Shown here one piece after another: positions 48,902-58,778 of a stretch of DNA of 64,000 nucleotides. The DNA lies in contig JBMNHG010000002.1 of the NCBI GenBank assembly GCA_050950285.1, forward strand, positions 692,654 through 756,653. The letters are read 5' to 3'. How positions within the stretch are numbered: the first letter of the stretch is position 1; each line of letters starts with the position of its first letter. The notes beneath the pieces were generated by a model that saw nothing but the letters and a program-made list of their open reading frames with translations, was not told the DNA's origin and did not search any database. Both the position numbers and the translations under genes were made by a program. The stretch comes from Kiritimatiellia bacterium. Lineage in GTDB: Bacteria; Verrucomicrobiota; Kiritimatiellia; RFP12; JBMNHG01.

Positions 48902-50071
48902 TCATTTGCGAATGTCGCTATGCTTTCGCCAGTCGCTCATGGTCATGCCCGTGGCGCGGCGGAAGTCGCGGCAGAGTTCGGCCAGGGAGCCATACCCGCA
49001 GAAATCGGGGAGCGCCGCAAGCTCCTGCCGGGGATTGGCGAGCATCTCCTTCACGCGCGCGATGCGCACGGCGCGGATTTCCTCGAATATCGGGTGACCC
49101 ACCGTTGCCGTGAAGAGGAGGTCCGCGTGGCGCCGGCTCACGCCCATGGCCTGGGCGACTTGCGCCGACGTGACCTTCGAACAGGCTTCGCGGCGGATTT
49201 TTTCCAGCGCGGCGGAAATCCGCCGGTCGTGGCAGCGCCGGGTCGAGGCGCGGCGCACGAGCGTCCAGACGCCAAAGGTCCTGGACGATGGCTTGGACGC
49301 CGGATGCGCCATCCGGTCGGCCAGGAGCTGCGCCGCCAGGCGTCCGGAGGCCAGGTAGTCGATCGCGACGCTGGACAGCGTGACCGACGTGTTTTCGCAG
49401 ATCTCGACGTCGTTGTCCACGCCGACCACGGCGATGTCGCCCGGCACGTCGATCCCGGCCGCCTCGCAGGCGACGAGAGCCTCCCGCGCGACATCGTCGT
49501 TGACCGCCAGGACGCCGCAGGGCCGGGGCAGCCGCTTCAATTGCTCCGCCAAGGACTGGACCAGCTTCGTCCACGGCACGTTCTCCAGAAGATGGAACCG
49601 CTTGCCGTTTTGGCGCACGATCCGGGCGAACTCCTCGCCGCGGCGCTGGTTCCAGCGCGCGTCTTCGGGATACGGGATGAACGCGAAATCGTCGATCCCG
49701 GACGCCATCAGCTCGCGGGCCGCAGCCCGGGCGATGGACGCCGCATCGCTGTACACCAATCCCCCCCCCCCCCCCAGTTCCGGATCGCAGTCGAGCAGCA
49801 CGACGGGAAGCGTTCCGAACGCCTCGAGATCGAGCGTCGGGGCGCGTCCGGCGCACTCGACGATGGCGCCGTCGGGGCGCCAGAAATCGACGACCCAGGC
49901 GACATCGACCGGCTCCGCTCCATTGTTCGGACGCCGTTTTTCGCGCGCCATCCCGTATTCGACCACCTGCACGTTCCATCCCGCCTCCCGGGCATGCTGC
50001 GCCACCCCGTCGCGGGACAGGCTGGTCGGATACGTGAACGACGCCTTGAACAGCAGGATCCGCTTTTTCAT
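48902..50071 (-). CDS. XylR-type transcriptional regulator with internal G15 tract
   Basis: VPGDIAVVGVDND, LSSV, GVSRRHADLLF, DFCGY; C15 on + strand at 49761-49775. Confidence 0.9.
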   Translation of the reverse strand: MKKRILLFKASFTYPTSLSRDGVAQHAREAGWNVQVVEYGMAREKRRPNNGAEPVDVAWVVDFWRPDGAIVECAGRAPTLDLEAFGTLPVVLLDCDPELGGGGGLVYSDAASIARAAARELMASGIDDFAFIPYPEDARWNQRRGEEFARIVRQNGKRFHLLENVPWTKLVQSLAEQLKRLPRPCGVLAVNDDVAREALVACEAAGIDVPGDIAVVGVDNDVEICENTSVTLSSVAIDYLASGRLAAQLLADRMAHPASKPSSRTFGVWTLVRRASTRRCHDRRISAALEKIRREACSKVTSAQVAQAMGVSRRHADLLFTATVGHPIFEEIRAVRIARVKEMLANPRQELAALPDFCGYGSLAELCRDFRRATGMTMSDWRKHSDIRK

Positions 50072-50136
50072 CTCCTCCCGACTATGAAACGAACGGCGAA
50101 GATCGATCAGAGGCCAACACGGGGTGGCGTCTTGGT

Positions 50137-50457
50137 TCACCGTGAATTGGACGGCGGCTCTGTCTTGTTCTTTCTCCTGGGTATGGCCAATACGCCGACA
50201 ATCACGGATCCGACCAGGGCGGGGAGGACTTCGAACGTGATGATGTATTGGATGTCGGGCATCTTCCGCAACATGTCTCTCTCGAAGTCGATCATGGAGC
50301 CGGATGAAAGCCAACGGTACAGGCCGAAGCCCAGGAAGACGGCCAATACCCCACCCAGAACCGCAAAGCCCACGACGGCGCCTGCCGTCTTGCCGCGGGC
50401 TCTTGCAGTGATCCCCCATGCGATGGCTGCGACAAAAAACAACGCGACGATGTGCAT
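50137..50457 (-). CDS. Small membrane protein
   Basis: 3 TM segments; RBS AAGGAG. Confidence 0.65.
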   Translation of the reverse strand: MHIVALFFVAAIAWGITARARGKTAGAVVGFAVLGGVLAVFLGFGLYRWLSSGSMIDFERDMLRKMPDIQYIITFEVLPALVGSVIVGVLAIPRRKNKTEPPSNSR

Positions 50458-50583
50458 ATGAACTCCTTTTTATATTTTAGAGTACCACCCTCAAGAATTG
50501 CGTGTTGACAGATATGGGGGTAAATAATTTGCAAATGTCGTTATGTTTCTTTCGAGGAGCGCAGGGGGGCGGTGGGGCCCGAG

Positions 50584-50604
50584 GCCACGGCTATTTACGG
50601 GCGG
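50584..50604. repeat. 21-bp direct repeat, right copy
   Basis: Identical to 42576-42596. Confidence 0.9.
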
Positions 50605-50622
50605 CGCATGGAGAAGGGGGTG

Positions 50623-51522
50623 CTACGGCCCCAGCTTGACGGCGTCGCGGGCGCAGGAGCGCAGGAAGAGCGCGTCTTGCCGGCCGATGTCGGAGGGGAT
50701 GTAGGCGGACTCGGGGATGTCGTCGAGGCCGAAGAGGGCGAGGAACCAGACGCAGGCCTGGAGGTATTCGCCGCGGCGGTTGAGGTGGATGGTGTCCATC
50801 GAGAGGATCAGCTCGCGCGTTGCGTGGTCCTGCGTCCATCCGTTGTATCGGCCCACGACGTCGCCCGCCTGCGACGGGAGGTCCGGCGGACGGAGGAGGG
50901 CGAGCTCTTCCGGAGTGGGGACGGCGAAGGGGCGGGGGTCTCGTTCGCGGGTGAGCTGCACGGCGCGTCCGGTGGGGATGACGGGGGCGTCGAAGCGGGC
51001 CGCGAGGTCGGCGTAGGCGGCGGTGAGGCGCTTGTGCATTTCGGCCTGGTCGATCGCCCAGTCGCCTTCGCCGCGCAGGCGTCCGTCGTCGGCGCGGTAG
51101 GCCCAGGTCTGTTGGATCCAGACGGCTGCCGACGGCGCATGTTCGCGGATGTAGGCGACGAGATTGTCCGCGTAGGGCTGGTAGGTTTCGGGCTTCCAGC
51201 TGAAGTGGCTGGCCTGCTGGATGGTGATGATGTCCCAGTCGCCCTTTTGGATCAGTTCGTTCAAGCTGGCCTTGCGCCTGGAGACCGCGATGTCGCGCGT
51301 AGGCGTGACCATCCAGGTTGTCGCGTCGTACTGGCGGGCTTCGGGCTCGGCTTCGGACTCTTGGACGTTCGCCCAGTGGGTCTCGAGCGAGCATCCGCCG
51401 ATGTAGGCGCTGGTGAGGGCGATGTCGTATCCGGGGATGGAGGCGACGAGGGGGGGCAGGTCCTTTCCGACGCAGATGGAAAAGCTGTTGCCGATCATGA
51501 GGACGCGGAGGAGTGTGGTCAT
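50623..51522 (-). CDS. DUF4886 / SGNH-hydrolase-like protein
   Basis: IGNSFS, IGGCSLETHW, WDIITIQQAS, QTWAY, DTIH. Confidence 0.8.
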   Translation of the reverse strand: MTTLLRVLMIGNSFSICVGKDLPPLVASIPGYDIALTSAYIGGCSLETHWANVQESEAEPEARQYDATTWMVTPTRDIAVSRRKASLNELIQKGDWDIITIQQASHFSWKPETYQPYADNLVAYIREHAPSAAVWIQQTWAYRADDGRLRGEGDWAIDQAEMHKRLTAAYADLAARFDAPVIPTGRAVQLTRERDPRPFAVPTPEELALLRPPDLPSQAGDVVGRYNGWTQDHATRELILSMDTIHLNRRGEYLQACVWFLALFGLDDIPESAYIPSDIGRQDALFLRSCARDAVKLGP

Positions 51523-51563
51523 GGGGGGAACCTTTGGGGTTGGGGGATGGGAGGTTGCGCGCG

Positions 51564-52364
51564 TCACGGAAGCCGGAGCACTTCGGCCATCGCGTAGATG
51601 CGCGGGGGACGGTTGGCCACCCAGGCGGCGGCGCGCAGCGCGCCGCGGGCGAAGGCGGCGCGGTCGCTTGCCTTGTGGGTGATTTCGATTCGTTCGCCTT
51701 CGGCCGCGAAGATCACCGTGTGGTCGCCCACCACGTCGCCGCCGCGCAGCGCGTGGATGGCGATCTGTCCGGCGGGGCGTTCGCCGACGACCCCCTGGCG
51801 ACCGTAGCAGGCGGCCTCATCCAGGGCGATGCCGCGCCCTGCGGCGACGGCTTCGGCCAGGCCCAGCGCGGTGCCGCTGGGCGCGTCTTTCTTGTGGCGG
51901 TGGTGCATCTCGACGATTTCGACGTCGTAGGAGCCGTCGAGCAACGCCCCGGCCTGGCGCGCGAGCGAAAGCAGGAGGTTGACGCCGAGCGAGAAGTTCG
52001 GCGCCCAGACGACGGGGATCGTCTCCGCGGCCTTTTCCACGGCGGCCTTCTCCCCGGGCGAGAGGGCGGTGGTGCCGAGCACGTAGCCTTTCGCGCCGGA
52101 GGCCAGCGCGGCGGCGAGGTTGCCGGGGGTGGCGGCGTGGAAGGTGAAGTCGATGGTCACGTCCGCAGGGGCCGCCTGCGCGGCGGTGGAGAGGGGGACG
52201 CCGATGGCGTCGATCCCGGCGAGCAGGCCGGCGTCGCGTCCAAGGGCGGGGTGGCCGTCCCGTTCGATCGCTGCGGCGATGCGGAGTTCCGGGAAGTCGC
52301 GCGAACACGCGACGAGCTTCTGTCCCATGCGCCCGGCGGCGCCCAGGATGGAGAGGGAAAGCAT
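51564..52364 (-). CDS. dapB: 4-hydroxy-tetrahydrodipicolinate reductase
   Basis: GAAGRMG, GTT, EMHHRHKKDAPSGTA. Confidence 0.96.
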   Translation of the reverse strand: MLSLSILGAAGRMGQKLVACSRDFPELRIAAAIERDGHPALGRDAGLLAGIDAIGVPLSTAAQAAPADVTIDFTFHAATPGNLAAALASGAKGYVLGTTALSPGEKAAVEKAAETIPVVWAPNFSLGVNLLLSLARQAGALLDGSYDVEIVEMHHRHKKDAPSGTALGLAEAVAAGRGIALDEAACYGRQGVVGERPAGQIAIHALRGGDVVGDHTVIFAAEGERIEITHKASDRAAFARGALRAAAWVANRPPRIYAMAEVLRLP

Positions 52365-52395
52365 GGGGATATCCTCCTTCGAGAGAGCGGGGGCG

Positions 52396-53268
52396 CTACT
52401 TCAGCAGGCCGAGTTGCGTGGCGGTGGCGCGGATGCGGTCCCGGACGGCGGCGGAGGGCTCGCAGAGCGGGAGGCGGAAGGTTTCGCCGATGCGGCCCAT
52501 CATCGCGAGGAGCGTCTTCACGGGCACGGGGTTCGTGTCGATGAAGAGGTCGCGGAAGAGCGGGTAGCAGCGCGCGTGGAGGGCGGAGGCCTTCGCGAAG
52601 TCGCCTTCGAGCGCGGCGCGCACCATGTCGCCCACATCCTTCGGGATGACGTTCGAGGCGACGCTGATGAGGCCCGAGGCGCCCACGGAGAGCATCGGCA
52701 CGGCGAGCGAGTCGTCTCCGGACAGGACGGCGAGGTCGCAGGCGTCGCGGATGGCGCTCGCGCGATCCACGCTGCCGGCGGCTTCCTTGATGGCGACGAC
52801 GTTCGGATGCTTCGAGAGGCGCACCACGGTTTCGAGGGCGATTTCCCTCCCGCAGCGGCCGGGCACGTTGTAGAGCACCACCGGCAGGCCGAGGTCGGCC
52901 ACTGCGGCGAAGTGCCGGTACATGCCTTCGGCGTTCGGCTTGTTGTAGTAGGGGGCGACTTGAAGCGTGGCGTCGACGCCGGCATCCAGGATGTGCTTCG
53001 TGAGGGAAATGGCCTCGGCGGTGGAGTTCGCGCCCGTTCCGCCGATCACCTGCATGCGGCCGGCGACGTGCTCGGCGCATGCGCGGATGACGTCGATGTG
53101 TTCCGCATAGGTGAGGGTGGGGGACTCTCCGGTGGAGCCGACAGGGACGATGCCTTCGATTCCGGCGGCGGCCTGTTCGTCGATGAGGGCGCGGAATCGT
53201 CCGTAGTCGATGGAACCGTCCTGGTTGAAGGGGGTGACGATCGCGGTGTAGGTGCCTTGGAGTTTCAT
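52396..53268 (-). CDS. dapA: 4-hydroxy-tetrahydrodipicolinate synthase
   Basis: GSTGES, PYYNKP, YNVPGR, IKEA, NPVPVK. Confidence 0.96.
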   Translation of the reverse strand: MKLQGTYTAIVTPFNQDGSIDYGRFRALIDEQAAAGIEGIVPVGSTGESPTLTYAEHIDVIRACAEHVAGRMQVIGGTGANSTAEAISLTKHILDAGVDATLQVAPYYNKPNAEGMYRHFAAVADLGLPVVLYNVPGRCGREIALETVVRLSKHPNVVAIKEAAGSVDRASAIRDACDLAVLSGDDSLAVPMLSVGASGLISVASNVIPKDVGDMVRAALEGDFAKASALHARCYPLFRDLFIDTNPVPVKTLLAMMGRIGETFRLPLCEPSAAVRDRIRATATQLGLLK

Positions 53269-53292
53269 GATGGGGGGGTGGGGGTGGGGACG

Positions 53293-54564
53293 TTAGGGGA
53301 ACTGGAATCCGCAATGGGCTTGCACTTGCGGGACGGGGAGGTCGCGCACGCCGGTCGAGAGCTCGGCGGCGAGGGCGGCTGCGGCACCGGCGGCCTGGCC
53401 GACGGCGGCGACGATGGGCTGGACGCGATAGGCACTCAGGGCCACGTGGGTGCCGCTGATGCACTTGCCCGCGACGAGGAGCCCTTCGACTCCGCGCGGG
53501 ACCAGTGCCCGGTAGGGGATGCCCGCGAGGACGCGGACATGCCGCGAGATGAGGGCTTCGCCCCAGAGGTCGAGGAAGTAGTCGCAGGTGGCGATGGAAT
53601 CGTCCGGGAAGCGGCCTTCCACGAGGTCGTGCTGGGTGATGACGTGTTCGCCCATCACGCGGCGGCACTCGCGCACGCCGATGCGCGGCGCGAAGTGCAG
53701 TTCAAAGCCTCTCGAGCGCAGTTCCTCCACATCGGGCTGGACCTTTTCCCAGGCGGCGCGCTGCGCCTCGGCGAGCGCGAAGGAGTCGCGGGTGTCGGCG
53801 CAATCGACCGTGGAACCCCAGTGGAGGTAGATGCCGCTGTCGCGTTGCCGGCATGGCCCGGGGTGTTCGTTCGCCCAGCCGAGGCCGGTGTCGACATAGC
53901 CGGCGCGGGTGGGCAGGGCGGTGGGCGGCGGCGGGCCGGGGCGCACGCGCTGGCTGATGTACATCCACGTGCAGGGCATCGTCTTCCCGTCGGCGGTTTC
54001 GGGCGCGTTCGATTCGCCGAACTCGGCGCGTGCGTCGCGTCCGTAGCGGGTCTCGCAACCGGCGAGTTCGGAGAGGCGTCCCACGCCCGTGGCGTCGATG
54101 GTGGTCTTCGCGCGCACCTCGAAGCGGCGTCCCGACGACGAACGCCCCGCCACGCCCAGCACGCGATGGCGCGCCGGCGCGTCATCGAGCAGCACTTCGT
54201 CCGCGGTTACGCCGCACACGAGGCGGATGTTGGGATGTTCCGCGAGCATCCGCAACGAGACTCCGATGTAGGCGGAGGGCATGTACCAGTATTCGCCGCG
54301 GATGCCGGCGTCGAAGTTTTCCACGCGGATGCCGTGGACGTCGTCGTCCGCGTTCAATCGCTCCACCGTCTCGCGATAGACGCCGTTGCGGGGGCCTCCG
54401 CAGAGGAACGAGACGAAGTTGTCCACCGGCGCGCCGCCCGGCATGGCGTCCTCCTCGAGGAGGACGACCCGCGCGCCTTGTCGTGCCGCCTGGATTGCGG
54501 CGGGGATGCCCGACGCGCCTGCGCCGGCCACCAGAACGTCCGTGTCGAGTTTCATCGTGTCCAT
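53293..54564 (-). CDS. FAD-dependent oxidoreductase (PF12831-like)
   Basis: DVLVAGAGASG, IDATG, GVRECRR, LLVAGKCIS. Confidence 0.88.
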   Translation of the reverse strand: MDTMKLDTDVLVAGAGASGIPAAIQAARQGARVVLLEEDAMPGGAPVDNFVSFLCGGPRNGVYRETVERLNADDDVHGIRVENFDAGIRGEYWYMPSAYIGVSLRMLAEHPNIRLVCGVTADEVLLDDAPARHRVLGVAGRSSSGRRFEVRAKTTIDATGVGRLSELAGCETRYGRDARAEFGESNAPETADGKTMPCTWMYISQRVRPGPPPPTALPTRAGYVDTGLGWANEHPGPCRQRDSGIYLHWGSTVDCADTRDSFALAEAQRAAWEKVQPDVEELRSRGFELHFAPRIGVRECRRVMGEHVITQHDLVEGRFPDDSIATCDYFLDLWGEALISRHVRVLAGIPYRALVPRGVEGLLVAGKCISGTHVALSAYRVQPIVAAVGQAAGAAAALAAELSTGVRDLPVPQVQAHCGFQFP

Positions 54565-54575
54565 CCGGGGTCCCC

Positions 54576-55739
54576 TTAGGTCACAAACGGCGAGAGAGCC
54601 CGCAGCTTCTCCACGACACCGGGCATCTTCCCGAGCACGTAGTCGATTTCGGCGTCGGTGGTGTAGCGGCTCAGGCTGAAGCGGATCGAGCCGTGGGCGG
54701 CGGTGAACGGGACGCCCATGGCGAGGATCACGTGGGAGGGATCGAGGGAGCCCGAGGAGCAGGCGGAGCCCGAGGAGGCGCAGATGCCGAGGTCGCTCAA
54801 ATGATAGAGGATGGCCTCGCCCTCGATGAAGGAGAAAGAGAGGTTCGTGGTGTTCGGCACGCGGGGGGCGCGTCCGCCGTTCACGCTCGAGTCGGGGCAG
54901 GAGGCGAGGAGCCCCTTTTCCAGGCGGTCGCGCATGCGCGCGATGCCGCCGGCGTCCGGGAGGTGCTCCGTCTCGAGGTCGCAGGCTTTGGCGAGGCCCA
55001 CGATGTAGGGCACGTTCTCGGTGCCGGCGCGGCGGCCGTTTTCCTGGTGCCCGCCCCTGAGGAAGGGGCGCAAGCGGGTCCCCCGGCGCACGTAGAGCAC
55101 GCCGACGCCCTTCGGCGCATGAATCTTGTGCCCGGAGAAGGCCAGGGTGTCCACGGGGACCCGCGACACGTCCACCGGGATTTTGCCGACGGCCTGGACG
55201 GCGTCCGTATGGAGGAAGGCGCCGGCGGCTTTGGCGCGGCGCGCGATCTCCGGCATGTCGAAGAGCACGCCGGTCTCGTTGTTCGCCCACATGATCGCCA
55301 CGACCTTCGGTCCGGGGCGCGCCAGCGCGGCGTCGAGCTCGTCGAGGAGGAGGCGGCCGTCGCGATCGACGCCGATTTCCACCAGTGCGTGGTCGCGGGT
55401 GTCGCGGAGGTGGCGGCAGGGTTCGAGGATTGCGGGGTGCTCGACCTTGGAGGTGATGAGGGTCGTCCCGGGGCCGAGGGCCTCGACGGCGCCATAGAGC
55501 GCGGCATTGTCCGATTCCGACCCGCAGCTGGTGAAGAGGATCTCCGAGGGGTCGGCGTGGAGGAAGGCGGCGACGCGTTCGCGGGCGGCGTCCACGGCCC
55601 CCATCACGCTGCCGCCGAAAAGATGCATGCTCGAAGGATTGCCCCACTTGTCGGTGAAGTAGGGCAACATCGCCTCGACCACCTCCGGGGCGACCCGGGT
55701 GGTGGCGTTGCTGTCGAGATAGACGAGCGGCATGCCCAT
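54576..55739 (-). CDS. nifS: Cysteine desulfurase (NifS/IscS class I)
   Basis: YLDSNATT, HTDAVQ, SGHK, SSGSACSS. Confidence 0.95.
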   Translation of the reverse strand: MGMPLVYLDSNATTRVAPEVVEAMLPYFTDKWGNPSSMHLFGGSVMGAVDAARERVAAFLHADPSEILFTSCGSESDNAALYGAVEALGPGTTLITSKVEHPAILEPCRHLRDTRDHALVEIGVDRDGRLLLDELDAALARPGPKVVAIMWANNETGVLFDMPEIARRAKAAGAFLHTDAVQAVGKIPVDVSRVPVDTLAFSGHKIHAPKGVGVLYVRRGTRLRPFLRGGHQENGRRAGTENVPYIVGLAKACDLETEHLPDAGGIARMRDRLEKGLLASCPDSSVNGGRAPRVPNTTNLSFSFIEGEAILYHLSDLGICASSGSACSSGSLDPSHVILAMGVPFTAAHGSIRFSLSRYTTDAEIDYVLGKMPGVVEKLRALSPFVT

Positions 55740-55743
55740 GGCG

Positions 55744-56337
55744 CTAGTGGCTCCCGGCGGCGGACGCCCGTTCGGCGGCGAGCGCATCGAGGATCTTCCG
55801 GATGTCGTGGACGCACTTCCCGCACGCGCCGCCGGCCTTGCAGGCGCAGGTGACCTCGTCCACGGCGGTGAGGCCGTTTTCGGTGGCCACGCGGCGGATC
55901 TCGTCTTCGGAGACGTTGCAACACGTGCAGACAGGCGCTTCGTGCCGGAGGTCGCGCACGACGGTCTCGCCGGTGCGGTAGTTGTGGATCGCGGCCTCGA
56001 GCGCCTTGCGGCCCAGCACGGAGCAATGCATCTTCTGGGCGGGGAGCCCCCCGAGGTATTCGGCAATCTCCTGGTTCGTGATCGCTTCGGCCTCTTCGAG
56101 GGTCTTCCCCTTGATGAGCTCGGTGAGGGCGGAAGACGACGCGATGGCGCTCGCGCAGCCGAAGGTCTGGAATTTCACGTCGGCGATGCGGCCGTCGGCA
56201 TCGAGCTTGAACTGGAGAGTGAGCGAGTCGCCGCAGGCGAGCGAGCCCACGGTGCCGACGCCGTCGGGATTTTCGAGTTTTCCGACGTTTCGGGGATTGC
56301 GGAAATGGTCGAGGACCTTTTCAGTATAGTTCCACAT
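55744..56337 (-). CDS. nifU: Fe-S scaffold NifU (IscU domain + BFD-like 2Fe-2S domain; no Nfu domain)
   Basis: LACGD, FGCASA, KMHCS; CTC...GGACGKC. Confidence 0.9.
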   Translation of the reverse strand: MWNYTEKVLDHFRNPRNVGKLENPDGVGTVGSLACGDSLTLQFKLDADGRIADVKFQTFGCASAIASSSALTELIKGKTLEEAEAITNQEIAEYLGGLPAQKMHCSVLGRKALEAAIHNYRTGETVVRDLRHEAPVCTCCNVSEDEIRRVATENGLTAVDEVTCACKAGGACGKCVHDIRKILDALAAERASAAGSH

Positions 56338-56541
56338 GGAGGCCGTATTCCTTCCGGAGCCGCGTGGCGGCATGCCGCGTGCCACGCAGGATGACTGGAA
56401 TATACCACACCCCCCCTTTCGGGAAAATGCGAAAGTTGCCAAGTGCGGCGATCGCGGTTGCGCGAAATCGTCTTGTGGATGCGGGGTGTTTTGCGTATTC
56501 TTCCCTTTTTCCATGGTTCCCTTTGCCCGTTTGGATTTTCC

Positions 56542-58047
56542 GTGAAAAGCAAGAATGCATTGGACCTTGACGCTGCGGCGTGGCTGGAGGCACACGACGG
56601 CAAGCCGCTGGCGCCGCGCGACCGGATGGCGATTCCGCCGCAGGAAATGCCGGCGCAGGACCCCCAGGAGCGCCGGCACAACATGCGGGAGGTCGCCCTC
56701 GGGTATTCGGAAGCGCAGGCGGTGGTCGAGGCGAAGCGCTGCCTCCAGTGCAAAAACGCCCCATGCGTGCAGGGGTGTCCGGTGAAGATCCGCATCCCCG
56801 AGTTCGTGGGAGCCATCGCGAACCGGGACTTCGCGGGCGCCATTGGCGTGATTCGCGAGAACAGCCTGCTTCCGGCGGTGTGCGGGCGCGTGTGTCCGCA
56901 GGAGCGCCAGTGCCAGGCCGTCTGCACCCTCGGGAAAGCGCTGAAGGATCCGGCCAAGGCCGTCGCCATCGGGCGCCTGGAGCGTTTCGCGGCGGACCGC
57001 GAGCGCGAGTCGGGCGCGATATCGATGCCGGACATCGCCCCCCCAACCGGGAAGCGCGTGGCGGTGGTCGGCACGGGTCCGTCCAGCATCACCGTTGCCG
57101 CGGACGTGCGGCGCGCCGGGCACGAGGTGACGCTTTTCGAGGCCCTGCACAAACCCGGCGGCGTGCTGGTTTACGGCATTCCGGAGTTCCGCCTGCCAAA
57201 GGCGATCGTCCAGAACGAGATCGACGCCCTCGTCGCGATGGGCGTGACGCTCGAGCCGAACTTCGTGGTCGGCCGAACGCGCCGTCTCCGGGACCTCCTG
57301 GACCGCGACGGCTTCGATGCCGTGTTCGTGGGCACCGGCGCCGGCCTTCCCAAGTTCATGGGCATCGAGGGCGAGAATTTGGTCGGCGTCGTCTCGGCGA
57401 ACGAATACCTGACCCGCTCGAATCTGCTGTATGCCTACGATACCGAGCGCGCCCACACGCCCGCCTACGTCTCGAAGAAGCTGGCGGTGCTCGGCGGCGG
57501 CAACGTGGCGATGGACGCCGCGCGAACCGCCCTGCGTCTCGGCGCCGAGACGGTGTACCTCGTGTACCGCCGCTCCGCCGACGAGATGCCGGCCCGCGCC
57601 GAGGAGATCGAGCATGCCAGGGAAGAGGGCGTCGAGTTCCTGCTGCTCAGCAATGCGAAGCGCATCCTGGGCGACGAGCAGGGGCGCGTGACCGCGATGG
57701 AGTGCCTCCGCTACGATTTGGGCGAACCCGACGCCTCCGGCCGCCGCAGTCCCGTGGAGCGTCCCGGAAGCGAATTCCTTCTCGAGGTCGACACCGTCGT
57801 CGTCGCCATCGGAAACGGCTCCAACCCCCTCATCGGCCAAACCACCGAAGGACTCGCCACGGATCGTCACGGACGCATCCTCGTCGACGAAAACGGGATG
57901 ACCTCCATCGACCGCGTCTACGCCGGGGGCGACATCGTCCTCGGCGCCGCCACCGTGATTCTCGCCATGGGCGAAGGCCGCAAATGCGCCGCCTCCATCA
58001 ACCGGCAACTCGCCGGCGGTCGCGCTTCCCGGGACGTACCATCATGA
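56542..58047 (+). CDS. nfnB: NfnB/SudA-like (GltD-like) flavoprotein
   Basis: [54 protein letters not shown] start inferred. Confidence 0.88.
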   Translation: MKSKNALDLDAAAWLEAHDGKPLAPRDRMAIPPQEMPAQDPQERRHNMREVALGYSEAQAVVEAKRCLQCKNAPCVQGCPVKIRIPEFVGAIANRDFAGAIGVIRENSLLPAVCGRVCPQERQCQAVCTLGKALKDPAKAVAIGRLERFAADRERESGAISMPDIAPPTGKRVAVVGTGPSSITVAADVRRAGHEVTLFEALHKPGGVLVYGIPEFRLPKAIVQNEIDALVAMGVTLEPNFVVGRTRRLRDLLDRDGFDAVFVGTGAGLPKFMGIEGENLVGVVSANEYLTRSNLLYAYDTERAHTPAYVSKKLAVLGGGNVAMDAARTALRLGAETVYLVYRRSADEMPARAEEIEHAREEGVEFLLLSNAKRILGDEQGRVTAMECLRYDLGEPDASGRRSPVERPGSEFLLEVDTVVVAIGNGSNPLIGQTTEGLATDRHGRILVDENGMTSIDRVYAGGDIVLGAATVILAMGEGRKCAASINRQLAGGRASRDVPS

Positions 58048-58745
58048 AACTCTCCATCGTCATCCCCGTCTACAACGAAGTCGACACTGTCGAGACCCTG
58101 CTGGACCGCGTGCTCGCGGCGCCGTGTCCCATCGACGATCGCGAGATCGTGCTGGTGAACGACTGCTCCACCGACGGCACGGGGCCGTTGCTGGAGAAGC
58201 TGGCTGCGGGCCAGCCCAACTGGATCCTCCGCCACCACGAGACGAATCAAGGCAAGGGCGCGGCGCTTCACACCGGCTTCGCCGCCGCCACGGGAGACAT
58301 CCTCCTCATCCAGGATGCCGACCTCGAATACGATCCCGCCGACTACCCCACCTTGCTCCAGCCGATTCTCGACGGCCACGCCGACGTGGTCTTCGGGTCG
58401 CGCTTCATCGGCGGCGGCACCCACCGCGTGGTCTACTTCTGGCACTCCATCGGGAACCGCTTCCTCACCCTCCTCTCGAACATGTTCACGGACTTGAACC
58501 TCACGGACATGGAGGTGTGCTACAAGGTCTTCTACCGGAAAGTGCTGGATGGCATCACCCTGAACGAGAAGCGCTTCGGGTTCGAGCCGGAGTTCACCGC
58601 CAAGATCGCCAAGGGCAAGAAGTGGCGCATCTACGAGGTGCCGGTGTCCTACTACGGCCGCACCTACGCAGACGGCAAGAAGATCGGCTGGCGCGACGGC
58701 TTCCGCGCCCTCTGGTGCATTCTCCGGTACAACCTCTTCCGCTAG
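58044..58745 (+). CDS. Glycosyltransferase family 2 (DPM1-like)
   Basis: IPVYNE, NDCSTD, QDADLEY, GSRF. Confidence 0.92.
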   Translation: MKLSIVIPVYNEVDTVETLLDRVLAAPCPIDDREIVLVNDCSTDGTGPLLEKLAAGQPNWILRHHETNQGKGAALHTGFAAATGDILLIQDADLEYDPADYPTLLQPILDGHADVVFGSRFIGGGTHRVVYFWHSIGNRFLTLLSNMFTDLNLTDMEVCYKVFYRKVLDGITLNEKRFGFEPEFTAKIAKGKKWRIYEVPVSYYGRTYADGKKIGWRDGFRALWCILRYNLFR

Positions 58746-58778
58746 GAGCGGCGGCTTCCCCTTTGGCTGGAGGATTCC

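Noticed and set aside
42583..50457. Integron cassette array
   Set aside because: Intergenic hairpins lack RYYYAAC/GTTRRRY attC boxes; no intI
56542..58047. Glutamate synthase small subunit gltD
   Set aside because: No gltB nearby and an NfnA-type partner is in the window; NfnB/SudA fits better, though not proven
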